From NCBI RefSeq assembly GCF_018350175.1, contig NC_058368.1:167278001-167342000 (forward strand): a stretch of DNA of 64,000 nt. The letters run 5' to 3'. The stretch's first letter is position 1, and each line of letters opens with the position of its first letter. Shown one piece after another: positions 25,063 through 36,090 of this stretch. A program made the translations under genes and the position numbers. The notes beneath the pieces were generated by a model, which was not told where the DNA came from, did not search any database, and was given only the letters and a program-made list of their open reading frames with translations. Source of the DNA: Felis catus (Eukaryota).

Positions 25063-26302
25063 ATCTCTTTTTATTTTTCTCCCTCTCTCTCTCTCTCCCT
25101 TCCTCCCTCTCTTTCTTTTCATTTTTTCTTCACATTAAGAAGTACTATTAAATTGTTTTATGGACACCTCACTTCTATATATTGCATACTGCAAACTGGT
25201 CTGGCCATAATTGAGATATAATCACCAAAGAGATGCCTTTGAAAGAAATGGAGTAGCTGACAAGTTGCTAAACACAATGTTAAATTGTTTGTTATTGTTG
25301 AGGAGTGGGAAGCTTCTCTTTTAAAAGACTCCCAAGTTTAAAGCCCACATGATTAATATTCACAGCAGACAGACTAGTTTATATAGCCAGAGACACTGAG
25401 GTCAGCCTGGATGATGGAAGAGTGTACTCATTCCTGAGCCTGTAGTGACATATCCTTATGTTTCTACCGAGTCCAGGCATCTCAGGCTTGTCAAACAAAG
25501 GTGTGTCCATAAGGTTGTAAAGATTTGAACCTTACAAATGAGCATCATGTAGTCATAAGCATCCGGATGAGTCACAGCCTACTTTATGGGTGTAGCTCAT
25601 CTTCAAAGAAAGATTGAACTGACCATAAACATCAGATCATGGAACATAAGCTTTTCCAAAGGCTCCTCATAAAAAATACAATAAAAATAAATATAGCTAT
25701 TGCCTAAAATTCAAAGTCTCATGCAGATTTATTGTGAATCAGATGCATCATTGCTCATCTTCTCTTTTTGGGTATCTGTACCACGAAACTGAGTTTTTAA
25801 ATGTTGATAAAGCTATTTGTGTTAATGTACACAATCAGTTATAGGAGACAACCTCAATACAGCATGAGACATGAGAGAATTTGAAAACATTTGCATTTTC
25901 ATGGTGTTTTTCAATTTTCTTCTATCAGGAATCTTGTTGACATATATCGGTTCTCGGAACCTGAACTTGTAATCTGTCACTTGAAGTGGCCGATATGCCT
26001 AAGATCTCAAGATAAAAACAAAAATGTATTTATGTAACTTTCTGAGGGTTCTCAAATGCCATAGAAATTAGAAACTTTTATTTTTTTCCCCAAACTTGGA
26101 TTAGTCCCACACATTTGCCTCCTTAGGTGTTATCTTCAGCTCTCAGCAAAGAATACAGGTAAATGACTAAAATAGCCAAAGTTCAAACATACATTTTCTT
26201 CAATGTGTAGTCCACCCTGAGTTTTCTCAAACTAGACATGAAGATCATTTTCATGTAGAATATAAATGCTGTTTTTGATGGCTCTCAGAAAATATGAAAT
26301 CA

Positions 26303-26970
26303 ATGCATACCTATTACTTCCCCAGCACCATCTAGGTTCTGTAGGAAATTTAGAATAACTGTGAGAGGCAATCTCTGCACTCTAGGAGTTTACATTTCCA
26401 TGGGAAGATTATACTATGTGCAAACAACATCAAACATCATAAAGCAGGCAATAATTTAGTGGAGGGTTTTTTTGGTATAAATTATTGTCAAGGTTTAGAG
26501 GAGAAGAGCAAGGGCATAAGTTGGGTAAAATTCCGCAAAATTACATGGAGAAATAAGTCTTGAACTGAACTTTAATGGATTCAAGGAAAGGCGAATGGTG
26601 AATGAAGTCTGTTGACATAGGATGCCAATAGGCTAGTTATCAGTCTAAATAACAATAACATTTTCAAAAGATGAGTAAAGAATAGAGTCAATTCTTAGAA
26701 AAACTTCTAGGTTTCCGTGATAAAACAAAATCCCAAATCAGGAGTAACTCCAAGATTTCAAACTTGGGTAACCTAGAGAAGACCTGCATGAGACACATGG
26801 GGAGTTAGAAACAGAGCTCAAAGGCTGAAGAAGTTTCACTTAAAAGATATTACAGTTGAAATGACAGCAAGATGTCTCATTGTTAATGTCTGGCACACAA
26901 AGGGAAGCGATACTGAGGAGCATCATTTAGGAGAGAGACCTAGGAGTCATAAGGTGAAAATTATAATAAA
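26303..26970 (-). mobile_element. Degenerate L2 fragments
   Basis: CTGCACTCTAGGAGTTTACATT, TCTTGAACTGAACTTTAATGGAT, AACTCCAAGATTTCAAACTTGGGTAACCTAG and TAGGAGTCAT motifs typical of antisense L2. Confidence 0.55.
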
Positions 26971-27962
26971 AATTCTTACTATGCAGCTTACTCAGTAGTT
27001 TCCAATATCTTCCCCCATGCCCCGAACAACACTAGGGTAACTTTTTCTTTTTTTAATGAGATGCATCCTACCACTCTGAAATTATTTACATTTTGTCTGC
27101 ATCAGGAATTACTCAACTCTAGTGAATTATAGCAAATTGAGCCATATTTTTCCAAATATCACTCTTTCCCAGTACCCACAGAGTTTTTCAGTATCATGTA
27201 TTAGGCCAGATTTTGTTTTCTATGATGTCAGCCATGTTACTCCCAGCTGATCTAGTGTGATTCTGAAGCACTAATATTTTACATACACAATCATTTCATG
27301 TAAATATTGAAGCATAAGAAAGTTTCAATGTTTTTAGTTTTTTGTATTCTCATTTTTCTTAGTTTTAGCAGTTATGATGAAGCCATTTTATAACATCCCT
27401 CTTATTAAAATCTAGAATGTGAGCCCCCAAAATATACAGAGAGTTACTTAAAACAATATTGTATTTTCCAATCCTGCCTGGCCAAGTTACTTGAACTTTC
27501 ATTAGATACAAGAACCAGAGATGGATGCCCTAGGTAGGAAAAAGCAAAGTAGGAGATTTAGTGGGTGGGGGCAAGGATTAGAGAGGAGAATGTTATATGT
27601 GTTGACCATAAGTAAAGCATTTTGGCAAATAACATTTCACCACATGCTTTATAATGGAATCTTGGACTTCTGGGTTAAAGGGTACCTTAGTGCTCACATT
27701 TTTTTTAGGAAGGATTAGGCCTGGGACAAATGCAGAGCGATACTCTAGTAGAATCTCTTTCCGGTGCTGTTCTGCTCCCGCTTGGGGCATAAATTTAGGC
27801 TTTGTATTAGAGTATTTGTGAAAGGTAACATTCAAAAATTACCGACAAGGTCCTGGTTACTAAGCTTGACCACTCTTTCCCCTAACAAACCTCTAAATGA
27901 TTATGAAAAAGTAAAAGGTCACAAAAATAGGAACAGAATCACTAAGATCATTGTTACCTTTT

Positions 27963-27985
27963 TTAAAAAAAAATTATTTATTTTT

Positions 27986-28018
<33 letters not shown>

Positions 28019-28179
28019 CACGAGCGGAGGAGGGGCAGAGAAGGAGACACAGAATCTGAAGCAGGCTCCAGGCTATGAACTGTCAGCACAGAGCCCAATG
28101 CTGGGTCCAAAGCCACGAGCTGTGAGATCATGACCTGAGCCAAAGTCGGACACTCAACCAACAGCCACCCAGGCACCCT
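27963..28179 (-). mobile_element. CanSINE (SINEC_Fc-like)
   Basis: SINE body with (GA)n. TSD TCATTGTTACCTTTT at 27948-27962 and 28182-28196. Confidence 0.96.
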
Positions 28180-28269
28180 GGTCATTGTTACCTTTTATAG
28201 CTGACACTCCTAGATGGCCTTTCTAGGAACTCCAGCTACAAATGGATAAATGGAGGTCAGCTCTATCTC

Positions 28270-28367
28270 TGGCTAGCTGACTATTCGGCCTCTCTACATC
28301 TGTCTCCCCTCTGTTGAGCTAGATGCTCTTAAGTTCATATCCAGCACCCCCATTCTATAATTCCATG
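28270..28367 (+). mobile_element. MIR3-like fragment
   Basis: CTAGATGCTCTTAAGTTCATATCCAGCACCCCCATTCTATAATTCCATG resembles the MIR3/L3 tail. Confidence 0.45.
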
Positions 28368-28464
28368 CATATCCTCAGATAGTCTCATGAAGCCTCTCAA
28401 AAGGGTTCATGATGGCAGATTCCTGATTCACTTTACAGCCAAGATTACAATTTGGCAATTTTAT

Positions 28465-28505
28465 TGAAATATTGTTAGTGAAATATTTTAGTGAAATATT
28501 GTTAA
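28465..28505. repeat. Three-copy 13-14-bp tandem repeat (TGAAATATTGTTAG)
   Basis: TGAAATATTGTTAG / TGAAATATTTTAG / TGAAATATTGTTAA. Confidence 0.85.
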
Positions 28506-29068
28506 TGCTTTGATGGTAACTCCTTAAACTCAGAGAAGCTGCTGTCCAAAGCACTGTTTAACATTTGATCAATTCATAAGCATAATATAATAATTCATGA
28601 AAACATGAAGGCTAACATTTTAGAGTAAAAAAAAGTAAATAAACCTAACAAAAAAGTGTATCTATTAACCTACAGATAGCAATTTTGATCAATAATATAG
28701 TCCTATGCAGACCTAGAAGGAATTTACTGCCATATATTTTAATTTCACTTTAGGTGAGGCAGTTTGATTCAATATCCAAAACTATGTCACTAACTATAGC
28801 TTGCAGGTTTCCAGGCTATTTGTTGGCGTTTAGGAAAAAAACAAATTGGGAATACATGCAATTATTCAATTTCAAGAAGTTTTTTTTTTTTGGAACCAAA
28901 AACATTTTTGTAATTGTTAAATAAATCTCCTTCTCCCCTGCATCTACTACTATTTTATAGGAGAAATTATAGAAACCAGGGATGGCAATCATCACTAGAG
29001 GTTTTTGTTTACTCATCTTATTGCCTTGAAAACCAGACTGCCAGATTAGACCTTTAAAGTGTATTCTT

Positions 29069-29263
29069 GGGGCGCCTGGGTGGCGCAGTCGGTTAAGCGT
29101 CCGACTTCAGCCAGGTCACGATCTCGCGGTCCGTGAGTTCGAGCCCCGCGTCGGGCTCTGGGCTGATGGCTCAGAGCCTGGAGCCTGTTTCCGAATCTGT
29201 GTCTCCCTCTCTCTCTGCTCCTCCCCCGTTCATGCTCTGTCTCTGTCCCAAAAATAAATAAAA

Positions 29264-29291
<28 letters not shown>
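29069..29291 (+). mobile_element. Very young CanSINE (SINEC_Fc-like)
   Basis: CpGs intact throughout, homogeneous (TAAA)n tail, perfect TSD TAAAGTGTATTCTT at 29055-29068 and 29292-29305. Confidence 0.98.
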
Positions 29292-29294
<3 letters not shown>

Positions 29295-31967
29295 AGTGTA
29301 TTCTTATGTGTGTCAGACCAAATAAACATGTGAAAATGAGGTTCCATATTTCCCTCTCCTCAATGGTTCCCAGGGGCAAGGGATCCTTCTCCAGCCTTGG
29401 AACGTTTCACATCTCCGCGGCACTTGCTGGATAGCAGCTGAGTCTGAGAAAATGGCAATGAGTCATAAGAGTGAGGGAAGCCCTGTGTCAGCACACGCCA
29501 AAAGCAGCAACTGAAGTCCTGTCCACACTGGTAGCAAAGACAGACTATGCTGGAAAAGTGTTTTACCACACCCTGGTAGTTAGCCCTGCTAACTAAAGGT
29601 CAGCTGTTGCCTTCTCGTTCTCTAAACCACAGGGCACGCTATATCCAAAAAGCAGTTTCTTCCTTGGTAGTTTCCCTCAGATTCTGAAATGTTTTCAGTA
29701 CTTCTTCACCAGGATAGACAGAAAGGCCACAAGCACTGTCCATCCTCTTGAGTTTTTAAGTCTGCTCGGGGAGTCTCTTTCCTCTTTAGAATAGTTGCCA
29801 CAATTTTCTGACTGGTCTCTTCTCACTTAATGGAGCTTTTCAATTACTGCAACCCCTCATCTATCTGCACCTATCTAAGTTAGAGAGGGATGGGTTTAAA
29901 TGGTGAGCGTGTCTCCAACAAAATCATTACTCTTCAATATGGAGCAAGAACCAATAAAGCAGACGGCCCATTCAGCCCCAGAACCAATGTCTGACAAGGA
30001 CAAGCTTGCTCCATCTCAGCTCAGATGATGATAAACATGGATTTCAACATTTTAAACTCTTGAATCTGGAAAACAACTCAGCTGAAATTTATATACAGCG
30101 TGTAATGTGAAGCTTGGCTAAAAGCAACGGTGCCCTTGGAAAAAGACGATTTTAAACAAGACTAATTTAAAAACCCAAATCAAAGATAAATCAGCTCTCT
30201 GAACTTAGAGGGACAGCCTCCAGAGCAGGGGTCCACACAGCCCACCCAGCAGAGGAGTCTCCCTCCGTCCCTGCCAAGAACAGACGCTGGGCGGAGGGAG
30301 GATTCCTCTGTGAGCTCTCTCTGGATGGGGAAAGGCGGCTCCGGCCCTTGTAAAAGGCATTAATCACATTCGGTTCCTTGTACCTGAGAAAAATAGCTAT
30401 CTATGGGATCTGATTTTTTGTGTTTCAAACTAGAGAAAGCTTTTATGATGTCTCTTGATGAAATACAACCACTCTCTCATTCTAAGCAGCCTCTAAATTC
30501 TTAAATGTGTGTAAATGGAAAACATGCTGTGGGTCTTTATTCCACTGAACAGCAAGAAATAAATCAGAACTCCCCCCTTCTGACACCCCCACTCAGTCTC
30601 TCCCCTGATACCTCACAGATGTGCAGCGTTAGAGGGAAAAGCATAAATGCTTTATAAAATTAATATGTGGAAATTGCTTTATTTACCATAAATGCCTAGC
30701 CTGGGGCTTTCTCTACAGTGCCCAGTCAAGATATTAAGCTGAGTTCTTGCCTTCTGCCTACCAAAAAGTCTGCCTTCGTTTCTGTCAGACAAGAGGGTCT
30801 CCGTTCTCCACAGAGGAGAGGCAAGTGGTGGCAGTGTGGTGTTCATCGTCAAAGGTGAGGGGGCCGCAAGTGAGAGGTAAACAAAACATTTCATCCATAA
30901 TGTATGAAATGTGTAAATCATTTTAGGATCCTGCTGGGTTCAAAGTCCTAAATAAATATCCGTCGTTACTATAATTGATATTAAACTGGATGCTGTAGAC
31001 CCAATAGATGAATATAAATGCTAGAACTTGCCTCCGTGGTTCATTCATATCTAAAAATATGTAGAAGCTATACCACAGAGCTCATGAAAGGCTTTTAACT
31101 GATTTTAATAGCAGTCATTACATTAGAAAATGAGACTTCCCCTTGTAACAGAGATGAACTGGGAAGAAACAAAGGAGGAGAGGTAGCTAGCGCAGCGCCC
31201 CAGTGCCCTGCCAGAATTACTGCTCATCATTCTTGCTTTCAGCAGTTAGCCAGCTCCTTTTGTCAGAGACTACCACCATCTAATGAAACAATTAGGGCTT
31301 GACAGTTTAAATATGCTATTTTGTTCTTTTCAAGCATAAGTGCCAGCCACTAAGACAAACTATACCCACCACCTTCCTATCAGCAGAGCCATTGTTATCC
31401 CAGATAGAATGCCCTAAAAATAAAATCCATTTTGTATGTGAAGCTTCATCAAGTCAGGTCATGTCTGCTCCTCAGGGCAGACTGCAGTGTACTAATTTCA
31501 TTATGCTATTTTTAAATGTGGCCTCCTTGGATCTTTTAGAATGTCCTACATAGCTCAACAAGGCCCTCAGTTAACGTTCAGGGCTTTCTTGCTAATCACC
31601 TCTGCCCAGCCTGCCTCGACCCCAACCTCAACAACTTCTCCAGGCCTGGAGGGTTAACGAGAAATAGGCACACTAGTGATGGGTGTGTTCGCACTTAGAC
31701 CAACATCACCAACTGGGCATCGTCCAACACGTGAGCTATTAGAAGTTCAAACTGGTATCAGTTTCTTTAGTTCATTATTAAAGTTATTCCGGCTTTTTTT
31801 TTAATCCACACACAAGAAAAGAGGGAATTGCTTTCTAAGAAGTCGTCTTAAGAGATTTTTTAATCTGTGTGTACCTATTTCTGTTCTGCCTCTTGTATCG
31901 AGTTTATTTTTTTCAGTTGTAAAATGAACACATTCTGAGATACATGAAAAGTGTAGAAGAGCAAATC

Positions 31968-32536
31968 AATATTCATGACTCTTCTGGTTTCAACTAATAG
32001 AAACTCAACTCAAACTTGATATACAAAAAGGGATATGTTGTTCGTGTAATCAGAGATGGAAGTGGCTTAAGGCACAACTGGATTCATTATGGTTCAAATT
32101 AATTCCATAAGGACAAGATTTCTCTCTCCCGATCTTCAGTTCTATTTTTCCCTATGTTAGCATGTATCTCCAGAGGCTGTTCTCCTGGTGGCCCGTGACA
32201 GCCCCAGGCTTACATCTTAACAGCTGAGAAATTCTGATAGAATGACATCTCCTTATTCTCAACTGTTCTAGCCAAAGTCCCCAAATTAAGTTTCATTAAC
32301 ATGGCCTGGTGTGTGCCCATTCCTAAACCTATCAGGGTTCAGTACGGCTAGAGGAAACCTGCGATTGAGTAGATTTCTGTTATATGCTCACTCATAAAGC
32401 CAGAATTTTAGATCAGCCTCAGATAAGCTGTATGCTCTAAGATGGAGGGAGGAATGGTTCCCCAAAAGAATACCAGTTATACAATCATAAGAAGACGGAG
32501 GAGATGCAGAGCAAATAACAACAGATGTCCGTGGCA
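31968..32536 (-). mobile_element. MaLR LTR (MLT1K-like)
   Basis: GACTCTTCTGGTTTCAACTAATAGAAACTCAACTCAAAC...CAGCCCCAGGCTTACATC...GGAATGGTTCCCCAAAAGAA match the reverse complement of MLT1K. Confidence 0.75.
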
Positions 32537-32804
32537 GAGACCTATGTCCTCACAACCTGAAACAAGAGTCACAGGTACATATTTAATTCTGGAGGAGGTG
32601 GAAGGTCAAGAATTGTTTTTGAAAATGTCAATGAATTTGTACTCATTAAAGTAGTAAAATACTTCCCACACAAAGATTCAGAAACCGTGAGGAAATAACA
32701 ATGTGGGTAATAATGAGAAAGTCATACGGGATATAGAGAGAAAAACAAATATGATGTGAAGTTACTGGAGAATAATGTCTACAAATTCTGGTCTCCTATT
32801 TCAC

Positions 32805-35212
32805 ACTTGCATGTTGAATACAGTGTCCTACTGTGGTCTTCATTGTTTCTACTGAGAAGCTAGTTATTAATCTATTTGGAGTTCTCTTTTACATGATGAG
32901 TCATTTGTCCCTTACTGTTTTCAAGATTTTCTCTTTTTCTTTGACTTTTGACATTTGGTTATGATGTGTTTAGATTTGGATCTCTCTGTGTTTTTACTAC
33001 TTGGAGTTTGAAAACATAATGGCTGAAAACTTCCAAATTTGATGAAAAATGCTACATGTCCAAGAAGCTCAACAAATATTTTTTCTGCCCATTTCTCTCT
33101 CTCCTCCTTCTTTCGTGCTCCCTTTATACATGTATTGGTATATAAATGATGTCCTGCCCTTCTATCAGGCTGTGTTTATGTTTCATCCTTTTTTCTCTGT
33201 GTTCTTCAGATTGTATATTCTCTATTGATCCCACTTCAAGTTCACTGATTATTTCTTGTGCCAGCTCACACCTACTTTTCAGTCCTTGTAATGAATTATT
33301 GGTTTAGGTACTTTCCCATTTCAGAATTTTCATAGATTGATTCTTTTAAAATTGTCAGTCTCTTCATTGATAGTCTCTATTTAACAAGATATTGCCATCA
33401 TACTTCCCTTAGTTCTTTAGACATGGTTTTCTTGAGTTCTTTGAACATATTATTAATAGAAGCTTTGAAGTCTGTGTCTGCTAAGTCCAGTATCTTGGCC
33501 CCTCAAAAGCAGTTGCTAATGCTTGCTATTTTTCCTGTGTATGTGTGTGTCACACTTTCCTGTTTCTCTGTACATCTTGTAATTTTTATTCAAAACTGAA
33601 TATTTTAGGTAATATATTGTAGCAATTCTGAATATTGATATCTCACAAGAGGTTACAGTGGTTGTTGTTTGACTCACTATTTGCTTAATTTGTTCAGTGA
33701 ATTCGTTGAACGCACTCTGCAAAGTCTGTTTCCCCTGTAATATCCCCTATAATATATCTAGTGTCTCTGCTTAAATTATTTTTCCCTTGTTTTTGCCTTT
33801 TACCTTAGCTTCCTATAGGTTGCTCCTGAGGCTACTTATATTGGTCAAAGTTTGTTTTAAACCCCCACGGTCAGATTTTAATCCTTACCATTGGATCTGT
33901 GTGTGGTTTAGAGGCTGCTATCACAATTCAGGGTTTATTTATTTATTTATTGCACCACAATCAGCGAGGGACTAGAAGCTTGGAAGGTCCCTCTCCAACT
34001 GCTCCTGAGATAGTGTAGTTTAGGGCATGCCCAAAATCTTCCAAACTACTAGGGAGAAGTGTGATTTTATTTTTAAGCCTGGCTTCCTAGGAGTTGCCTC
34101 TGGACTAGAGCAGCTTATATTGTCCAGTGTTTGGTCAGAGGTTGTGCTCAAACCGCATGTGCCAATAAGGCTTCCACCCTGTGTTGAGGGATCAGTGTGC
34201 AGCTTGGGGAATAATTTCAAATCAAGCCTCAACTCCTGCTCTGATTGCTGAATAGGTACCTCACATATGGGCACTGCCGTTCTGACCTGTGATTCCAGGA
34301 AGGTTATTCTTGGCTCTTTCTATGGTTCTCTCTGTAAAGCTTCTGGCTGTTCTGCTCTTTCACTTGTTGTTGCCAGAATCATGGGGTACAAAACCCTCTT
34401 AATTGTTCTCTACCCATATCTCCATTGTTTTCAACAACACCCTTAGGCCTGGAATTCTGCAAACTCTGTTCCAAATACAGTCTGTCCCTCCCAAAGAGCT
34501 ATTAACAGACTGCCTCTCACGCTGAGAAGAACCTCTACACTGCTGCACAGGAGCTGAACAGGGACAGTGACCTGCCTCTCTCTGAGTGACACCTCTACTC
34601 CATGATGGAGCAGTGGGTGGTAGCCCTTGGTCTTCTCAGCCTGCCACCCACCCCCACAGCATGGAACCTCCACACTGCTGGAGCAGGGGCAATTGGGGTG
34701 CCAGTATTCTTGGCTGGACACACTCAGAGTAAAGCTTTTGCTCTACGAGTAGCAGCCAGTAGCAGATGGGAACCTCAGTCCCTTCAGCCACGTCTGCCCT
34801 AAATAAAGCCTCTGCAACACAGGATGGGGAGGACAGAAAGGGGGGCCTGCTGACTGCCCCTTATAGGGTGGAGACGTAGCCCTAGACTGGGAGCTGGGGG
34901 AAAAGGGAGGCCCCTCCTCTCCACACCCTTGTCTTCTTGGCCGCACTACCCAGAGTAGAACTCCCAGGAAAGTTTTCCAGACATAGAGCTGAGGGGGAGG
35001 AAGTCATAATGCAAATGCCATGGAGTCTCCCTGTTCTTACTGAGATTTAGTAGATTTTCTTGAATAAATGTTTCTCCATTTGCTATATGCTCTTAGGATA
35101 ATTTTCAGAGCTTTGTAATGATTATTTTTTATATGCTTTTCATCAACTAAATGGTTGTTTTGCTGGGAAAATGGTCTGCCAGTCTCCTCAGTCCGCCATT
35201 CTGGAAGTCCCT
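32805..35212 (-). mobile_element. 5' portion (5'UTR + ORF1) of an old L1M (L1MC/MD-like)
   Basis: Antisense ORF1-type sequence at 32.8-33.5 kb, GC-richer 5'UTR at 34.0-35.0 kb, and terminal CGCCATTCTGGAAGTC (sense GACTTCCAGAATGGCG, YY1-like L1 start). Confidence 0.8.
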
Positions 35213-35254
35213 CTATATTCACATTAACTACTGTTGCTGTTAGTTACAAATCCA

Positions 35255-35545
35255 CGAGTCATAAGCCATTCAAGAGCTTAAAAAGTTATCTAGTCTATTC
35301 CTTCTGCCTTTGAGCAGGATAATACCTTAGCCAGCCCAGATAGATGAGAATCTATACTAGTTTTGAAAACCTCCACAGAAAAAAAAATTCACAGCCTTCC
35401 TTAATAACCTAAATCAGTGCTTAACAACCCTCACTGCCAGGAATTCCTTTCTTGCATAAAACCTAAAGCCCACGTGGTACAGTTTAAAGGCCTCTGCTCT
35501 TCATCTGTCCTGGAGGAGATAAAGAACAGCTGGTCACCACACAGC
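35255..35545 (-). mobile_element. L3/CR1 LINE 3' fragment
   Basis: TTTGAAAACCTCCA...TTCACAGCCTTCCTTAATAACC...CAGTGCTTAACAACCCTCACTGCCAGGAA...GAACAGCTGGTCACCA match the antisense L3/CR1 RT end. Confidence 0.75.
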
Positions 35546-35722
35546 ACACTTCCTCCTCAGGAGGGGCAGTCTCCAGCCTCCATTAAAAAAAAAATCCTTC
35601 TTTGGCCCTGTCATTGGGATAAATAATCTTAATATTTCCGCATGCTGTTTTTCACTTGGTGAACAACCTCTGTGCTCTCTTCTGAAATCTTTTCATTCTT
35701 GCCATTATCCTCTTGAGACTGG

Positions 35723-35908
35723 AAATATTTCTCAAAGTGAGGTCTAAGCACTCTACTCATGGTTCTTTTAGAGCACTTGCTAGCTATGCAGATTCCCCTG
35801 CTTCCCTCTGGACTCAGTGAATCATAATCCTGACTATGGATCTGGGGGTGAGCATGCCTGTCAGATTTCCTAGGTGGTTCCGATGCACTCAAGGTTAAGA
35901 TCCTCTTG
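35723..35908. mobile_element. MER5-like hAT-Charlie MITE
   Basis: TTTCTCAAAGTGAGGTC...ATGCAGATTCCC...GTGAATCATAATC...CCTAGGTGGTTCCGATGCACTCAAGGTTAAGA. Confidence 0.75.
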
Positions 35909-35939
35909 CTACATCATAGCCTATTTGCTACCATTGGAT

Positions 35940-36090
35940 CATAAGTTGCAACACGTTGCCTGCACAGAAGAATCTGATGGGAGCTTTTAAAAATCCTAAT
36001 GCCCACGCTCACCCTGGAGGCAGAGGCGGCACCCAGGCCAGCTGTCCTTTTACATCTCCCCAGGTGAACTCCACATGTAGTCAAGGTAGT
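35940..36090. mobile_element. MER5-like hAT-Charlie MITE (second copy)
   Basis: CTGCACAGAAGAATC...GGGAGCTTTTAAAAATCCTAATGCCCA...CTCCCCAGGTGAACTCC. Confidence 0.7.

Noticed and set aside
34740..35000. CpG island / host promoter
   Set aside because: GC-rich but CpG-poor, and it lies within the decayed 5'UTR of an old L1.
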